Of a DNA stretch of 64,000 nt, positions 14,001 through 34,600 are shown piece by piece. The notes beneath the pieces are model-generated. The model was not told the DNA's origin. It saw only the letters and a program-made list of their open reading frames with translations, and searched no databases. This DNA comes from Lingula anatina (taxonomy: Eukaryota > Animalia > Brachiopoda). Position 1 is the first letter of the stretch; each line of letters starts with the position of its first letter. Location of the stretch: assembly GCA_051362555.1 (NCBI GenBank), contig CM120640.1, positions 31,577,967 through 31,641,966 of the forward strand, given 5' to 3'. The translations under genes and the position numbers were made by a program.

Positions 14001-17000
14001 CCCTGGTTTTTTTCTAAAAAGTTTGTTTTTTTTTTGTTATAATCTCTTAAGAGATTATAACAAAAGAGGTTATAATCTCTTAAGAGATTATAACAAAGTA
14101 TAGCCATCAATGGAGGTCACATGGTCTAAAGACAAGCTCAGATATCAGAATAATAGCTATAACTGCTGTTTTTGTGGTACAACAGAATATATTATATTTC
14201 TACAAGTTGTTCACAATGTTTTTATTGTGAAATATAGATCTCATACGAAGAGTTATTATCCCTTTAATCAAAATACAACTGCTTAAAACATGTTGCTATT
14301 TTTTATTGACTTTTACCATTTTACTTGATATACATACCCAACATCACTTCATAAAAAGAAAATCACCTGCACAAGTAATGATTTCACTACAGCCAAAAAT
14401 GCTGTAAACAAAAGTATCCCACTGGCTCCCATGGTGAAGACAATACCACCGGTTACCACAACTAGAATAACAGCAGGTATACCATTGGTCCCAGGACACA
14501 GTAGCTCACTCTTGTAAGAGGTTGTGCACACAGTGAAGTGCCCTGCCACTGCTACCACACCACTGGCCACACACAACCACCTCACAGTGCCACAACTGGG
14601 GACCTGCACACTACTGCCATCTGGTGAGAAGAGAGCAGCAACTATTGCTACTGGTACCTGTAATGAAAAAGTTGTCAGGTAACAATACATGTATAAACAG
14701 TCTTCATTTACATGTACCAAGAGACAAAAATCTTTAATGGTTGGCAAAAGAGGGCCATGATTATTTGCTCTCAATACTGTACAAGTTGAATAGGCAGGCA
14801 AATTGCAATTTTTCTCCATTCATACGTAATGGATTATGCAGGTAATATATAGTAGGTAAAGGATAATTATGCAAGATTCAAAAAATCCCATCACCATGCA
14901 ATAACTCACCATGCAAAGGAGGGAGATGGCTATTATCATAGCATACAGGTCATAGCTGGCTAGGGATCTCGCAACTTGGTCTCTCATGGCAACAACTGAA
15001 TCCCTGTAAGCTTTCATAACATGATACGCTGACTGCTCATCAAGAGCTACTTCTTTGTTATAATACATGTGAAGCCATGATTCATGTTTCTTGATGGCTT
15101 GCTCATACTGAATAAAAACAAACTCTGAAATAGAGAAAAAGAAAAAATCACATTTTACTGCAAATGTAAGCAAAGGTGTCATAATGCAGCATTTTCCATA
15201 AAAAAAAACTTGGGTTGGCACTATTATGAAAAAAAATATAACTGAAAAGAAAATTTTAAAAAAAGCTTTTAAAAAAGCTCTCTTTCAATAATCTACAACC
15301 TCTCAGTAGTCATATGATCATTATGATTTAATGTCCATGACTCTTGTCAGCACAGGTTTTTTTCACCAAATGACAGAAAAAAACTTCAAATTCTGAAAAT
15401 ATTATTTTGCCTGATACCAAATTTCATTAAACTGAAAAGATATGAGTCTTTGTTTTTACAATTAGAAAAAATTAAACATTTACTTTAAATTAAATATACG
15501 CTTACTATAAGTGAAACAGCAAATAAAATGCCACACATGTAGGTCATGGATTCTGGTTCTCACCTTTTTCATAATTGGCCACATTTTGTTTGTACACAAG
15601 GGCCACTTGGTGTGCATTCAGTTGCATTGCCCTCAGTGCCAGTCTCAAGTCATATTTCCATAGGACATCAGTGGGCAGTGCTCCCAGGTTGTTCTGGGGA
15701 ATGGGAACCCCCATCAAAGTGGACAGAATGGGCGCTAGGTCAATCTGCTGGAGTGTGGACCAATCAAACTGGACACCTAACAAATAATTAAGGGATTTAT
15801 CAAGTCCACAAACCCATATGTTCCGTGCTTTCAATAAAAATGAACATTAAAAAGGGCAAATGTTAAGCTAACTTGTATACTTATAATAGTATCAGGAAAA
15901 AAGACTGTAAACCTATTCTACTACTTTTTAAAAATGGTCAAGGATAACAATTTCAAACATCTGAACAACAGAACCTCTACTACCTTTCTTGTTAGAGTAG
16001 AGTGAACTGAGCAAAACCAGTGGTGTGGAGACTTCAGTAACAGAAGACCCCCCATGACTTCCCTGGTCACTCATGCCATGATCTCCACACAGGACCACAA
16101 GGGTGGGCAGCTCTAGGTCACTGTCCTGGTAAACAACAACTGGACATTAAATGTGAAAAAACTGATATCATCACCTACAACACTACCAGTACTTTCTAAA
16201 CATACACCTTCAGAGACAGAATAGTAGTACAGTGCAGGCCATGTAATCTGAGAAAACTCTCCACTTTAAAAAGTGCGATGAATTATCAACCAGAAGGTTA
16301 CAAACAGGATAGACTTTTGCTAAAAATCATCCACTAATTGTACCTATCTCACTGTATAAGTGTAAGTTATTCTTTATTAAAAGCTAAGGCACACTGCACT
16401 TCTGTGGAACGGATAATAACTACATATAAGTCCAACCTGTTTTATCACAGCTTTGTGTATTTTCTCCATTATTCCATCCATCTCCTTCAACTTTGGTCCC
16501 ATAAGTGGACTATGTGGTCCAGCCAGATGACCAATGTGGTCAAGGCCCAGGTAATGAAGGATCATGACATCCCAGTCTGTTCTCTCCAGCTCATCTGGCA
16601 AATGCCTAGTGACATTGTCATCTACCTTTAATAACCAAAGTAAAAATATCAAACCAGCATATATCATTTCACATTAAAACATGTAATGCCAACATTTCAG
16701 GTTTTGTATCACTCAATCATGCTACATAACCTCTTCAAACGTTAAAATGAATGTGTCAACCTTCCTTTTTCATCAATCAACCTTTAAAAAATACATGTCA
16801 GAAAAAACAGTAATCAGTATAAAATTTCCAGTCATTCTTCAGTCATTTTACTTATAGGTAAGTACAAATAAGAATATGAGAATAAGAATATCTCAACATT
16901 TTACCTCAGTATAGTCAGTAACAAAGAATGAAGTAGTCCCATCTTCACGGAGAAAATGTCCAGGAAATAATCGGATCCAGGTGTCATCTCCATAAAACAC

Positions 17001-18050
17001 TATTTTCTTCCCATTTCTATGAAGCTGTGTGATAAAATTGTCTTCAGTCAGAGATTTAGAGTCAAAGTTGAGTACCACATCTATAAAACCTGGTATTCCC
17101 CCCGTAGTTATTGCCTAGAAAGAACCAGTTAGCAAAATAATTCATTCAAAAGACAATTCTGACTATCACCCTGCAACAAAAATACTTTTCATTTCTCCTT
17201 AGATTACTATGTTATATATAACAATCTATCTCAGAATGACTCTGAAAATAGATCTACATGCAATAACTTTTAACTTTTTAGTCTTTTTAAATTTAAAAAT
17301 GCCATTAGTATTAATAAATTGACATGAAATTATCTTCACAAATTAAAATCTGTTTAAAACACACAGAATACAAACCTTTATTCTTGGCATAGTTACAGTT
17401 GGAGGATGTGCCTTAGCCACAAAACTCACAGCTTCTTGTTTAGTAATCTGATCTTTAACATAAGGCATGCCCCGGTCTTTGGTGGTATTGAAAACAAAAT
17501 CTGCCCTCAGTGCATCTATTAAAACAATGACCATTCTTCCAAACAAGGGTGGAACTGGGAGTGAAGGAGTTTCAGTTTGGGTGAACTTGTCTTGTATTGG
17601 CTGAGGTGGTAAATCAATGAAAGATGCATGACCTGAAACATATCAAAATACAACATGTACTACCCTCATCATTAACAATACAAAAATGTGATGAAACATC
17701 CCCCCCCCCCCCCAAAAAAAAAATGTGATAGAAATATTTCACTTATGATGTGGTTTCAAACTTGAACAGTAAATAAAGGTATTTAAGATAAGATTTCAAA
17801 ATCTCACAGTATAAAACACCAAACAGCTATTGAATCATCAGTTTAACAAGATGCCACAAATTGCTCCATAAACTGAACAGCGACAATATTCATACAATTA
17901 TCTTGAATTTCATTTTTTAAAATGTACCCAGTATAATATGTTACCTGATATTGCTGACTTGACTGGGAAAAAGCCTTTTAGAAAAACCAAGAAACCCAAT
18001 ACCTCTAGGCAAACACAACCCAGAATGAAGACAGATCTCTTTATTTTCAT
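11055..18050 (-). CDS. PIGG: GPI ethanolamine phosphate transferase 2 (PIG-G/GPI7); ~13 coding exons (approx. 18050-17945, 17632-17376, 17114-16905, 16625-16437, 16125-15984, 15776-15564, 15125-14910, 14657-14368, 13719-13181, 12911-12723, 12467-12150, 11745-11548, 11264-11055)
   Basis: Motifs FLKGFFP, VLIDALRADF, AHPPTVTMPRIK, FYGDDTW, TTSFFVTDYTEVDDNVTRHL, ILHYLGLDHIGH, CGDHGMS..GSHGG, QIDLAP, SSSFVEEEHQTWYF, RSWNQTG.KW, GNSNSITTVDVSAGYVG and RYHLFVWSVFSPKLLY, spread over GT-AG-bounded exons. A 5'UTR exon ends at about 18793. Confidence 0.95.
13892..14263. mobile_element. MITE with TTAA target-site duplication (Kolobok-like) in a PIGG intron
   Basis: TIR AGGGATAATAACTCTTCGT / ACGAAGAGTTATTATCCCT (19 bp perfect), flanked by TTAA on both sides. 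AG termini with a TTAA TSD fit Kolobok rather than piggyBac (CC termini). Confidence 0.75.
14032..14094. repeat. Two tandem perfect palindromes GTTATAATCTCTTAAGAGATTATAAC
   Basis: 34-bp perfect palindrome at 14032-14065 and a 26-bp copy at 14069-14094. Confidence 0.9.
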
Positions 18051-18792
18051 CCTGCTTCACAACTCTGAAAAAAGAGAATTAAGGACATGTACAAACACAT
18101 AATTGAGTGGATTCTTTTAAAATCATCCAGTTGATTCAATATAAAATGGTAAAATTCAGTGACAATCAAACCAGGTGATAGGTTTCAGGGTGAGACTTCC
18201 ATGTCAGTTTGTCATTGAATTTTACCAAATATTTTTATGTGTAAATGTATATTCTTGACACAAACAAACAATATACATCATTACAAGTACCAGTACACTT
18301 ATTTGTACTATAATATACATGTACTGTACCCTGTATGTTCAAAGCATTATGAATTATGTACATGTATAAACAATCTACATCCATAGACCTGACTGCCATA
18401 GACTGTAAGGTACCCAAAACACAGCAAACTAAAGCATAATTGTGATTTCATTAACAATAATAATTTGTAGGCTACAAAGTTCCAAAATATTATACCAAGG
18501 ATGGGAGGTTTTACAAATATCAAGTAAATTGAAGTGATGGAGACCAAAAAATATACCTCATCCAATTTTTACTAGCACATCTCTATTTCAGATCTTGTGA
18601 ATATTGAATTTAACTTTCAGTGGTGGTAATTAACTACATGTAGATTTTAGTAGAAAATACTCGGCGGCAAAGAGTAGATCTACACACAGTCAGTACACAC
18701 GATTGTTGGACATTTTTCTGACTGTTTTCTCATACAGTAGTGACTAAAATACTAAACGTTAAACTCTTGTGAGTGTTTCTCATAAACCATAC

Positions 18793-18949
18793 CAGTATAA
18801 AATGAGATCCAGGCCCTTATGCTCCACACTGCCGTTCTTATTATCCTTTATTGACCATAATTATAAATGAATCTTCCGAATCCCCCACGCCGGAAGGCGA
18901 CGTCTGCAAATAACTCCCAAGATGCAACATAGCGGAAGTGTGGAACAGC

Positions 18950-18950
<1 letters not shown>
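18793..18950. promoter_or_regulatory. Bidirectional promoter shared by PIGG (-) and KRI1 (+)
   Basis: The PIGG 5'UTR exon donor at about 18793 and the KRI1 ATG at 18950 are under 160 bp apart. ETS/GABP-type motifs CCGGAAG (18890) and GCGGAAGTG (18932). Locally CpG-rich. Confidence 0.65.
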
Positions 18951-26725
<7,775 letters not shown>

Positions 26726-27119
26726 CACGCTTCATTTGAACAGTCTTTGAAAGAAATGATTAGCAACAAGACTACCAGTACTTGAATAGTTATACAAATG
26801 CTCATTTTAAAGATCTTTTATTTATTATCATAAGAAAAATAAAATGTATAATTACAGTAGTTCTAAAATACTACTAACTGTTGTATGCAATTGACTTTGT
26901 TGCAAAATTGATTTTTAATTCCTTCTTTATGCCTAGCACTCAGTTCACTGCAAAACTAGCATGACTAGAAGATCCAATAAACATACAGGTTTAGCTATTT
27001 GGACCTTTAATAACTGAATAACAATTACAACCATAACTGGTACATTACATTTAAGTTACTTCATCTCTTTCTCCAAAGATTAAATGTGGGTTCTCCATAA
27101 ACAATGAAGAATATAAAAA

Positions 27120-27153
<34 letters not shown>

Positions 27154-27191
27154 AATAAGTGAACAAATATTTCTTGTAATGTAATATGATA

Positions 27192-27257
27192 TATTATGTG
27201 CGCATTTCATGTGATGGCAAATCACATTTGCACGATTCAGTTTCAAAGACATTATTT
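27192..27257 (-). repeat. 66-bp dispersed repeat (copy 2), likely 3' tail of a LINE/SINE
   Basis: 65/66 identical to 25402-25467. On the minus strand it ends in AAATGCGCACATAATA followed by ATTAC-type short repeats, resembling L2/CR1 tails. Confidence 0.7.
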
Positions 27258-27738
27258 CAACATGAAATATAAAAGTTGTTGAATAACAATAAATACATCA
27301 AGAACAAACGTTTACATATATTTCGAAATATGCAAAATTTATAACATTGCAGCTATTAAATCCCTATAATAAAATATCATTAATAACAATGCCAATAAGT
27401 CCCTGATTGAATAAATAGCACACCAAATCTTTATGGACACTACAAATCATCTGAGATACATACATACGCGGCCTGCAGGTTACATGAGTAACCTGGATAT
27501 TGCTACAGGTAACTGATCTGTATACATTTTGAGTGAAATCCAAATGTCAAATACAGACAGAGATGTTTAAAATTTATTGACTTATCTCAATGCTAAAACA
27601 TTTAAGAGGAAATAATTATTTTCAATATTTCTGGACCTAATAACGTCATACATGGAAGTTTCTGGTCTAAGGTGGTAGAGAACTTATCACCCTGATGTGG
27701 TATTTCTTGCCTACATAACCAAAATCTAAGAACTGTCA

Positions 27739-30700
27739 TCAATCCTGATCCTTCTTGAACTCCTAAAAAGAGAAAATTAAAGCACAATGCGTATAAAAGA
27801 AGTCTTCTGATTTACATTACTGTGTTATTATGTTTTTTTTTTTTTTTCCAACAAAAAAATGCATGCTATTGTACTACTAGCAACAACATTTGGTGAAAAA
27901 TGCATACATAAATGTTGGGATATAATAAACTATAGTTAAAATAAATAAGGTGATAAAAGTGATAATATGCAGAGCCTGAATGAGTAATCTATGATACTCT
28001 TACACCATGGTAAGTTTACACCTTTTTATTAAGTGTCATATCTACCAAAAACGATGCCTAACAGAAAAGTAAACAATTATGCTAGACATTAAAATTATTC
28101 CTGCTTCACACTTTCAACAAAACCATTTCACAGAAATGAACTTACGTGCTTTATATATGATAAAAATACATCCCATCCTAATGTAACAAAGTTAACATAT
28201 ATCACTCTCAGCTTAGGAGGTAGAAAATAAAAGTTGATGCACTGAGCAGCTGGCCATACTGTCCAATCAGCCTGGAATATAGAACCTTGCTTTAGACATT
28301 TCATAACTACATATCAATATATATCTAGAACTATATATCTTTATATACATATTTCTGTAGAATAAACATTTGAGCATTATAGAAATAGTGTTTACTTTTT
28401 TAAATTCCTCAAATAAAGAATTTACATACAATGCTCAGCAAGCGTATTACTTATTCACTTGTACAACACACTATTTTATATATCAATTAAAAACACTTAA
28501 TGTTTACTGAAAAAATCTTTTTTCACCAATCACAAATATTTTTAAAGTTACTTCTGTAGTGCAGTCAGTGCTCTAGCACAGTCAAATGTCATGAAAATAT
28601 TTTCTATACAAATAATGAACTTCAAGGACAACTATTAATTTCAATTTTCCTGCTGTAAGCATTGAGAATCTCACCATATAAACTGTCCAAAATTTGGACT
28701 TAAATTCCTGTACCCCCTTGTCCCATGACTGCCCTTCTAAAAGACCCATTCCTAGATAATAATAAAAATGAATATGAAAGGCAATGCTTTAACCATAATA
28801 AAAACTAAAATGGTTTTTCAACATATCAAACATTTCTTTTCAATTATTAACTTGTTTTGTAAGTGTTGTCAATATTGAAACTAGTAATTTCTTTTGTACA
28901 AAAATGTGCATTAAGCAAGAGTTTGGTTGTGTAGTGAAGTCATTTTTCACAAATTTAACACCAAAAATAAAGATGTAATAAATGTTGGTAACTACTTGTA
29001 CTTGCTAAGGGTATAAACAAAACATAAACACAGACAGTGTTAAAAAAAGTTTTTGTCAAGGATATACATGTAAATTTTAGTGCACGTTTTAGCATCAAAA
29101 ATAACACATACGGCTAAAACCTATAACAATATTAATAATAATAATAATAATGATAATAATAATAATAATAATAATTTGAAAATAATCAATACTGGGATAA
29201 TTTGGACTAGTAACTTTTGAGGAAGTGAGGTTTATCAAAATTGATGCTAACATGTACCTTAACAGTTATGGTTTAGGAATTATAAAAGTCATAAGGGGTT
29301 AAGATTAAGAAAATGTCTGTTTAGATTAACTTAAACATAAAAGAAGTTATTTGTGATAACACTAAGTGCTCTTTAGCTTGAAAGTAGTCTTTGAGTAAAA
29401 AAAAGAAATGATTGAATCTTTGTGCAAAACTGGTAATGGAAATCATCTGAAATAGCCTTAAATGAGGCTGTTAGAAATCCATGTCATATATGAGACTAAA
29501 AAATGGTGAAAATCAGGGTGAAATTGGGTTAATTTTTATGAAAATGTTGCAACTGTGTATGCAGCAGCAATGAAGTCTTAGAAAGCAACATATAAGTGCA
29601 TACAAAACATGGTGAATTTGTATAAGCAGATAAATATCCATGAATAAGTTCTGTCAGCTTTAATTTGTTGCAGCACCATACTAGCTAGTCTGCCACTATT
29701 TTTCACCCCTCTCTCCTCTTAATCTTGCAACATTTTGATCGAGTTTTTGCTAAATTGCCAGATTTTGTGCTATTTTGGATGATCCCCATGAAGTGGTTAT
29801 CTCAAAATATTTCTAGTCAAAACCACTTCATGTTCACAATAAAAACAAACATTTCAATGCATATTTTGATATAAATAACCAGGGGCGGATCCAGAGATAT
29901 TTTCTGACAAAATATCTTTGTTAATTCGTCCCGATTTTTTACTGTCTTCCGACAGAAAATATTAGATACCCGTCAATGTAAACTTAAAAATCTGACCGTC
30001 TTCCGGAAGACCCAGAAGACATCCTAAATTCGTCCCTGAATAACCCTTTAACACCTATTCAGATTTTTTTCTCTGATACCTCTTTCAGCTTACCCATAAG
30101 AAAGCCAAAAGCAAAAAAAGGTGAGGCAAATATTTGGTCCAGAAGTATTTTCTTTGCAATGGTTTTGAATTGTGTTCCCTTCAGAATTCTGTCTAGGAAG
30201 CTATACCAAGCATGACTGGCTGGGCCTTGCAGGACTAGCCCAATCGTAACCATACGACCTGAAATGCAGTGGCAAATAATCTAGAGCCCTCAATCAATTC
30301 TTTTTTCAATATGATCCTAAAAGGTTCCAAAAACACTGGACAAACAGCTGCCATACCTGTAAAAAATATAAAGCTGCAAGAAAATGAAGAGGAGGGGGTA
30401 CAAAAGCATAGGAAATAAATATTTTAGTTTGAGGAATTTGATCTCACCGCCAAAGAAAATTACTAGTGACACTGGTGACATTATTAGTTGCTCCACCATA
30501 ATCTTCTGTGCAATAGTCTTAAAGTCTCTGCCTGGAAGCCACCAATCTAGGTATTTATAATACTTATGAGCCATGGGTCCAAAGAAGAATCCCACCACTG
30601 TCATTCGACCTAAGATAGGATAAATTCATAACATGTATTTAATAAAAGTGCATTTGCATTTCAATACAATACAGTTTTGTTATCTGATATCATATGTGCA

Positions 30701-31150
30701 AATAAGTTAACTCCAAGTTTATGTCCATTAACATAAGGACCCAGTAAATATTTACCAAGCCCTTCAAAAGGCAAAATGCCTTGTACATATGTGTGTATAT
30801 ATATATATATACTAATATCAATTAACAGTAAGTAGCAATCTACTTATATGTACATGTACACTGTATGTAGTCTGCCAAGCACTGCATGACAACAGTATGA
30901 TTGTGAGGCATGTTTATCGAGCTTCAGTAGTTGTATAGCGAAACTTGACTTCGTGGACAAGGAGGATCAAACACAAACCTGTTCTTTTCCAGTCTCTTGT
31001 CCATGCCCCTCCTTTCTTTTTTATCCGTCTACCTTCAAAAGTCTGAACAATGGAATCTCCAGCTCCTAACAACACGCCGGCACTTATTGTGTTTGTTAAG
31101 AATAAATGCCTCCCAAACAAGATATTGTAAATTGACCTTACTCCATTCAT
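27739..31150 (-). CDS. MPV17L2: MPV17/PXMP2-family protein (MPV17-like 2); exons 31150-30979, [30609-30448 OR 30258-30094], 28751-28675, 28271-28146, 27762-27739 (~186-187 aa)
   Basis: Motifs [15 protein letters not shown]...GDSIVQ, DWKRTGRM, GP..H.(W/Y)Y..LD, K...(D/E)Q...[51 protein letters not shown]. All junctions are GT-AG and frame-consistent. Confidence 0.88.
29880..30038. mobile_element. Short MITE (159 bp), CAGGG...CCCTG termini, 6-bp TSD AATAAC
   Basis: Left end CAGGGGCGGATCCAG and right-end reverse complement CAGGGACGAATTTAG; AATAAC immediately before and after. Confidence 0.7.
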
Positions 31151-31677
31151 TGTGATGTCCCTCTGCTTTTAAATAAGGCGGTGGACATTAAATAAAAGTT
31201 CTTAAAATACGGATCTACCATCATCTATATTGCACTAGGATTATGTCATCAGCTGGCGGAAGTTGATATCTGCACAGGCGTCAACGTTACCAACGTCAGT
31301 TTCACACGCTAACGTTACAAATGAGTTTGAACGTCATGTGCAGTGCAAATCGGAATGTTCATTAATGTCAAAAATAAGTATAAGAGAATGTGATTAAACT
31401 ATTATATACGAGCTTAACGACAGTAAAACAGAACAGGAATGTATATCAGACTTCAACGGCTAAAACGTGGGTCTAACTTCAGACTGGCTTGTCTTGTAAG
31501 AGGCTCGTCAATGTGCGCCGTCTTTCGGAACAAGTGCTCCACGCGTGATTTCACGCGAACAAACAAAGTTTGTGTCAAATTGTGTGTGAAGTGACGGAAC
31601 ATGTATGGTGGAATGTGATGAATATTTACCCGGGGTATTTCCCCTGATCTTCCCTAGTGTTTTGGTGCTACAACGAA
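31150..31677. promoter_or_regulatory. Divergent promoter region between MPV17L2 (-) and CSPG4 (+)
   Basis: Start codons 527 bp apart, head-to-head. CpG-richer than the flanks. GCGGAAGT (ETS-like) at about 31256. Confidence 0.5.
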
Positions 31678-34600
31678 TGAAGATGTGTTCAGCGAGGATG
31701 ATTTTATCAGCAATCGTTTTGTTCCTTTTCACGTTGCTGGATGTCTCTTGTGCAGGTGAGTTTGGTATATATTGCATTCAACGTTGAATAGAAATATTCT
31801 AATCGAGTTCAGACTACCGAGTACGACTTCGAGTTATAACTTCACGTGAAGTGGGCGGATAAATATTAAAAAAAAGGACATGAACAGTGAATGCAAGGCT
31901 GCCAGTAACGGAGGAAGTGTCCAAAATGGATTTTTGCGTTTATATGAATTAGTTCATATGACTTTGACTAATTCTGTCATATGAAGATATTATGTGAATA
32001 TAGCCACTCATTCTCAATATATAGGTCCGTTTGAAAAAAACAGAAAAGTGAAAAATGAAGTTAAAGATTTAATGCGTATGCTACTTTTATAAATCTTTTG
32101 TAGTGTAAATCTATTTATCTAAGCAGTGTGTCTAGCTTTTTGTGTAAACCATGGAATTTTGTTTAATTCATGCCTTGCTTGCATGGGGAAATTTTCTGAT
32201 TAAGTAACGAAGGTTGCAGCTGTTTAAGTAATGAAAGTTTTAAAAATAGCAACCCTTCAGGATAATATTTGTAAGTAATATTCGCAAAAATTAAACTGCG
32301 ATAAGAGGTTATTAAGAGATGCATGTTTATTTTACTGACACATATGTCCTGACCAATAGGTATATTTTTTCACAGTGCCTGATAACAAAGGTTTTGTAAA
32401 TTACTTTCTATTAGAATGCAGTTCGGGAAAAACAGTTAACTGAGGCGTGTCAGCACACCGTCAAGCTTATCATGTATACATCTGAATTGAAGATTTTATT
32501 AATGGCTAGAATATTACAAAAACATGAAACAACTAAAAACAATGACCTGTGCAAAAGAAATAATGTGATAATGTGAAATGGTGTTGAGAAGGTTTTAAAT
32601 TGAGTCCGTCTATGATAGTAATTGTTATTTTTTATGCTAGACTGATGTAATTAAAATTCAACTTGGACAAAGAATTCTTCAGCTCACTAATTTTTAATAA
32701 TATAAAAAAATGTTAAATGGGCCTATATATTGAGAATGAGTGAGTAATACTCTGCAACTGTATAAATATTACACAGTAGTCAGCAACTAAATATTTTAAT
32801 TACATTATAAAACAGGATTCACATTTATCTTACTCCTATACTTGATATCATCACCATATTGTCCATGAGCATTTGGATATCAGATGGGTGGTTAACGTAA
32901 ATAAATTTTTATATTTTATCAAGAAAGGAAGCTATCATGGTGAGGAAAGAAAGTTGAAACGACAAGATGATAGTTTTTTTTTTCCTTGTAGCAATTTTTA
33001 GGTCTGTGTCTTAGAGGTTTTTTTCTTTGTAGCTTTTTTAGATCTTTTGCTTAGAAAAAGCTTATTGTTGCATTTCAGTCCATGAAAGAAAGTGGGAGAA
33101 CATCAATACTTTTATTTTTATACTTATTCCTTTAATCCTACCATGTATAGTACTTTAGATATATTTACTTCTTGAAAATAACAAATATCTTGGTAGACCA
33201 CAGATTGAATAAGTTATCCACACTTTCTTATATCTGGTCTTACTGTTCATCATAAAGGGCAACTTGTATTTATTTGACATTTAGTTGAAGGTTTATAGGT
33301 TTCCCCAGCTTGAAAGCAACAAGAAATTGGAAGCTTGCAGAATTTTACTGTGAACCCTTTCAGTTATTTGACAGTTCAGACAAAACAAACCTGTGCATGT
33401 GTACTTGCTGAATGGGTTAGACTACTCTAATTAGCTGTCACATTTTCTTTGGGGAACAATTGTGTTTAAGAGTGCATTCCCAGAGATTTAGATCGATCCA
33501 ACTAGATCAACCTAACTCCCTGGGGGTTCATGCTAAATTGCTGTCAGCCACCGCGCATGGAAGTTAATTACCCCCTTACAGCCTTATAGAAAATTTCTGC
33601 TTTCTTTCTGTGCTAGATATAACCCTGTCTTTTTCGGCAGGTCACTTGAATAAGTATGCACCCACAGCCCCAGCCATATGCAATGCATGCACAGTACTTT
33701 GTTATAACAGACTTTTACAAACTGGAGAGACGGATAAATATGCTAAATTACGACCAGAAATTTGGTGAAGGTGCAGTTTTAATTTAAACTTTTTTATGAC
33801 TGACAGAGTGATTAATTATCCCTTGGCATTTCCATCTTCATTAGGAACTAGTAGAAGTGGTTTATCATAGCCATTTTGGTTACCTTGCAAAACTGAGCTT
33901 GCTTTGCTGTGAATCGAGAGCAACTGATGTGCTTGTTTATAATGAATGGCAGCCAAGGATTGAAGTTTTGTTACTTTTTATTACAGCATAAAGGTGGCTT
34001 GGTTGAAAGTCCTACTTTAATAGAAAAACTTTTGACACAGATTGGAAAAAATGTGAAATATAGCTATTTTCCTCAAAATCTAGAAGATCAATTTCATTTA
34101 ACCTTTTCCTAAACAAGATGCATTCAGTAAAACATTGATTCAGTGGAGGATTTTCCAACGAATGCAGGTTTGATTTGAGGGCAAGCTTACTTGTTATGGA
34201 CGTGCATTTATGTACTAGTATGTAAGCTTTTCTTTAACATTATAACCAAAAGAGACACATGGGAGTAATTTCAGTTACCAGGAAAGAATGATGGAACAAA
34301 ATTCATTTAAATCATCACACAGCAAGAAATGGCAAAACAGGATATATTCCCATAAAAATGTATTTAACATTTTGCATGTGAACAAATTGATTTCCATGGC
34401 ACTTGTGGAGCAAATAGCATGACACGATATAGATTTTCCCTCAGGATATATTAGTTTTGTTTGGCTGACTTGCACTTGACCCTGCTTTTTATAACAGATG
34501 GTATGCTACATTTAAAGGAAATTAGAGAGCTCTTATTAAAACTTTCATCTTTTAATGACGCTGATTAACTGGAGCAATGTATGGTTTGAATCATAGACCA

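Noticed and set aside
27700-27741. TGA-TGA at the MPV17L2 end as a selenocysteine or readthrough signal
   Set aside because: Homology ends before it and no SECIS-like structure was seen; an ordinary tandem stop.
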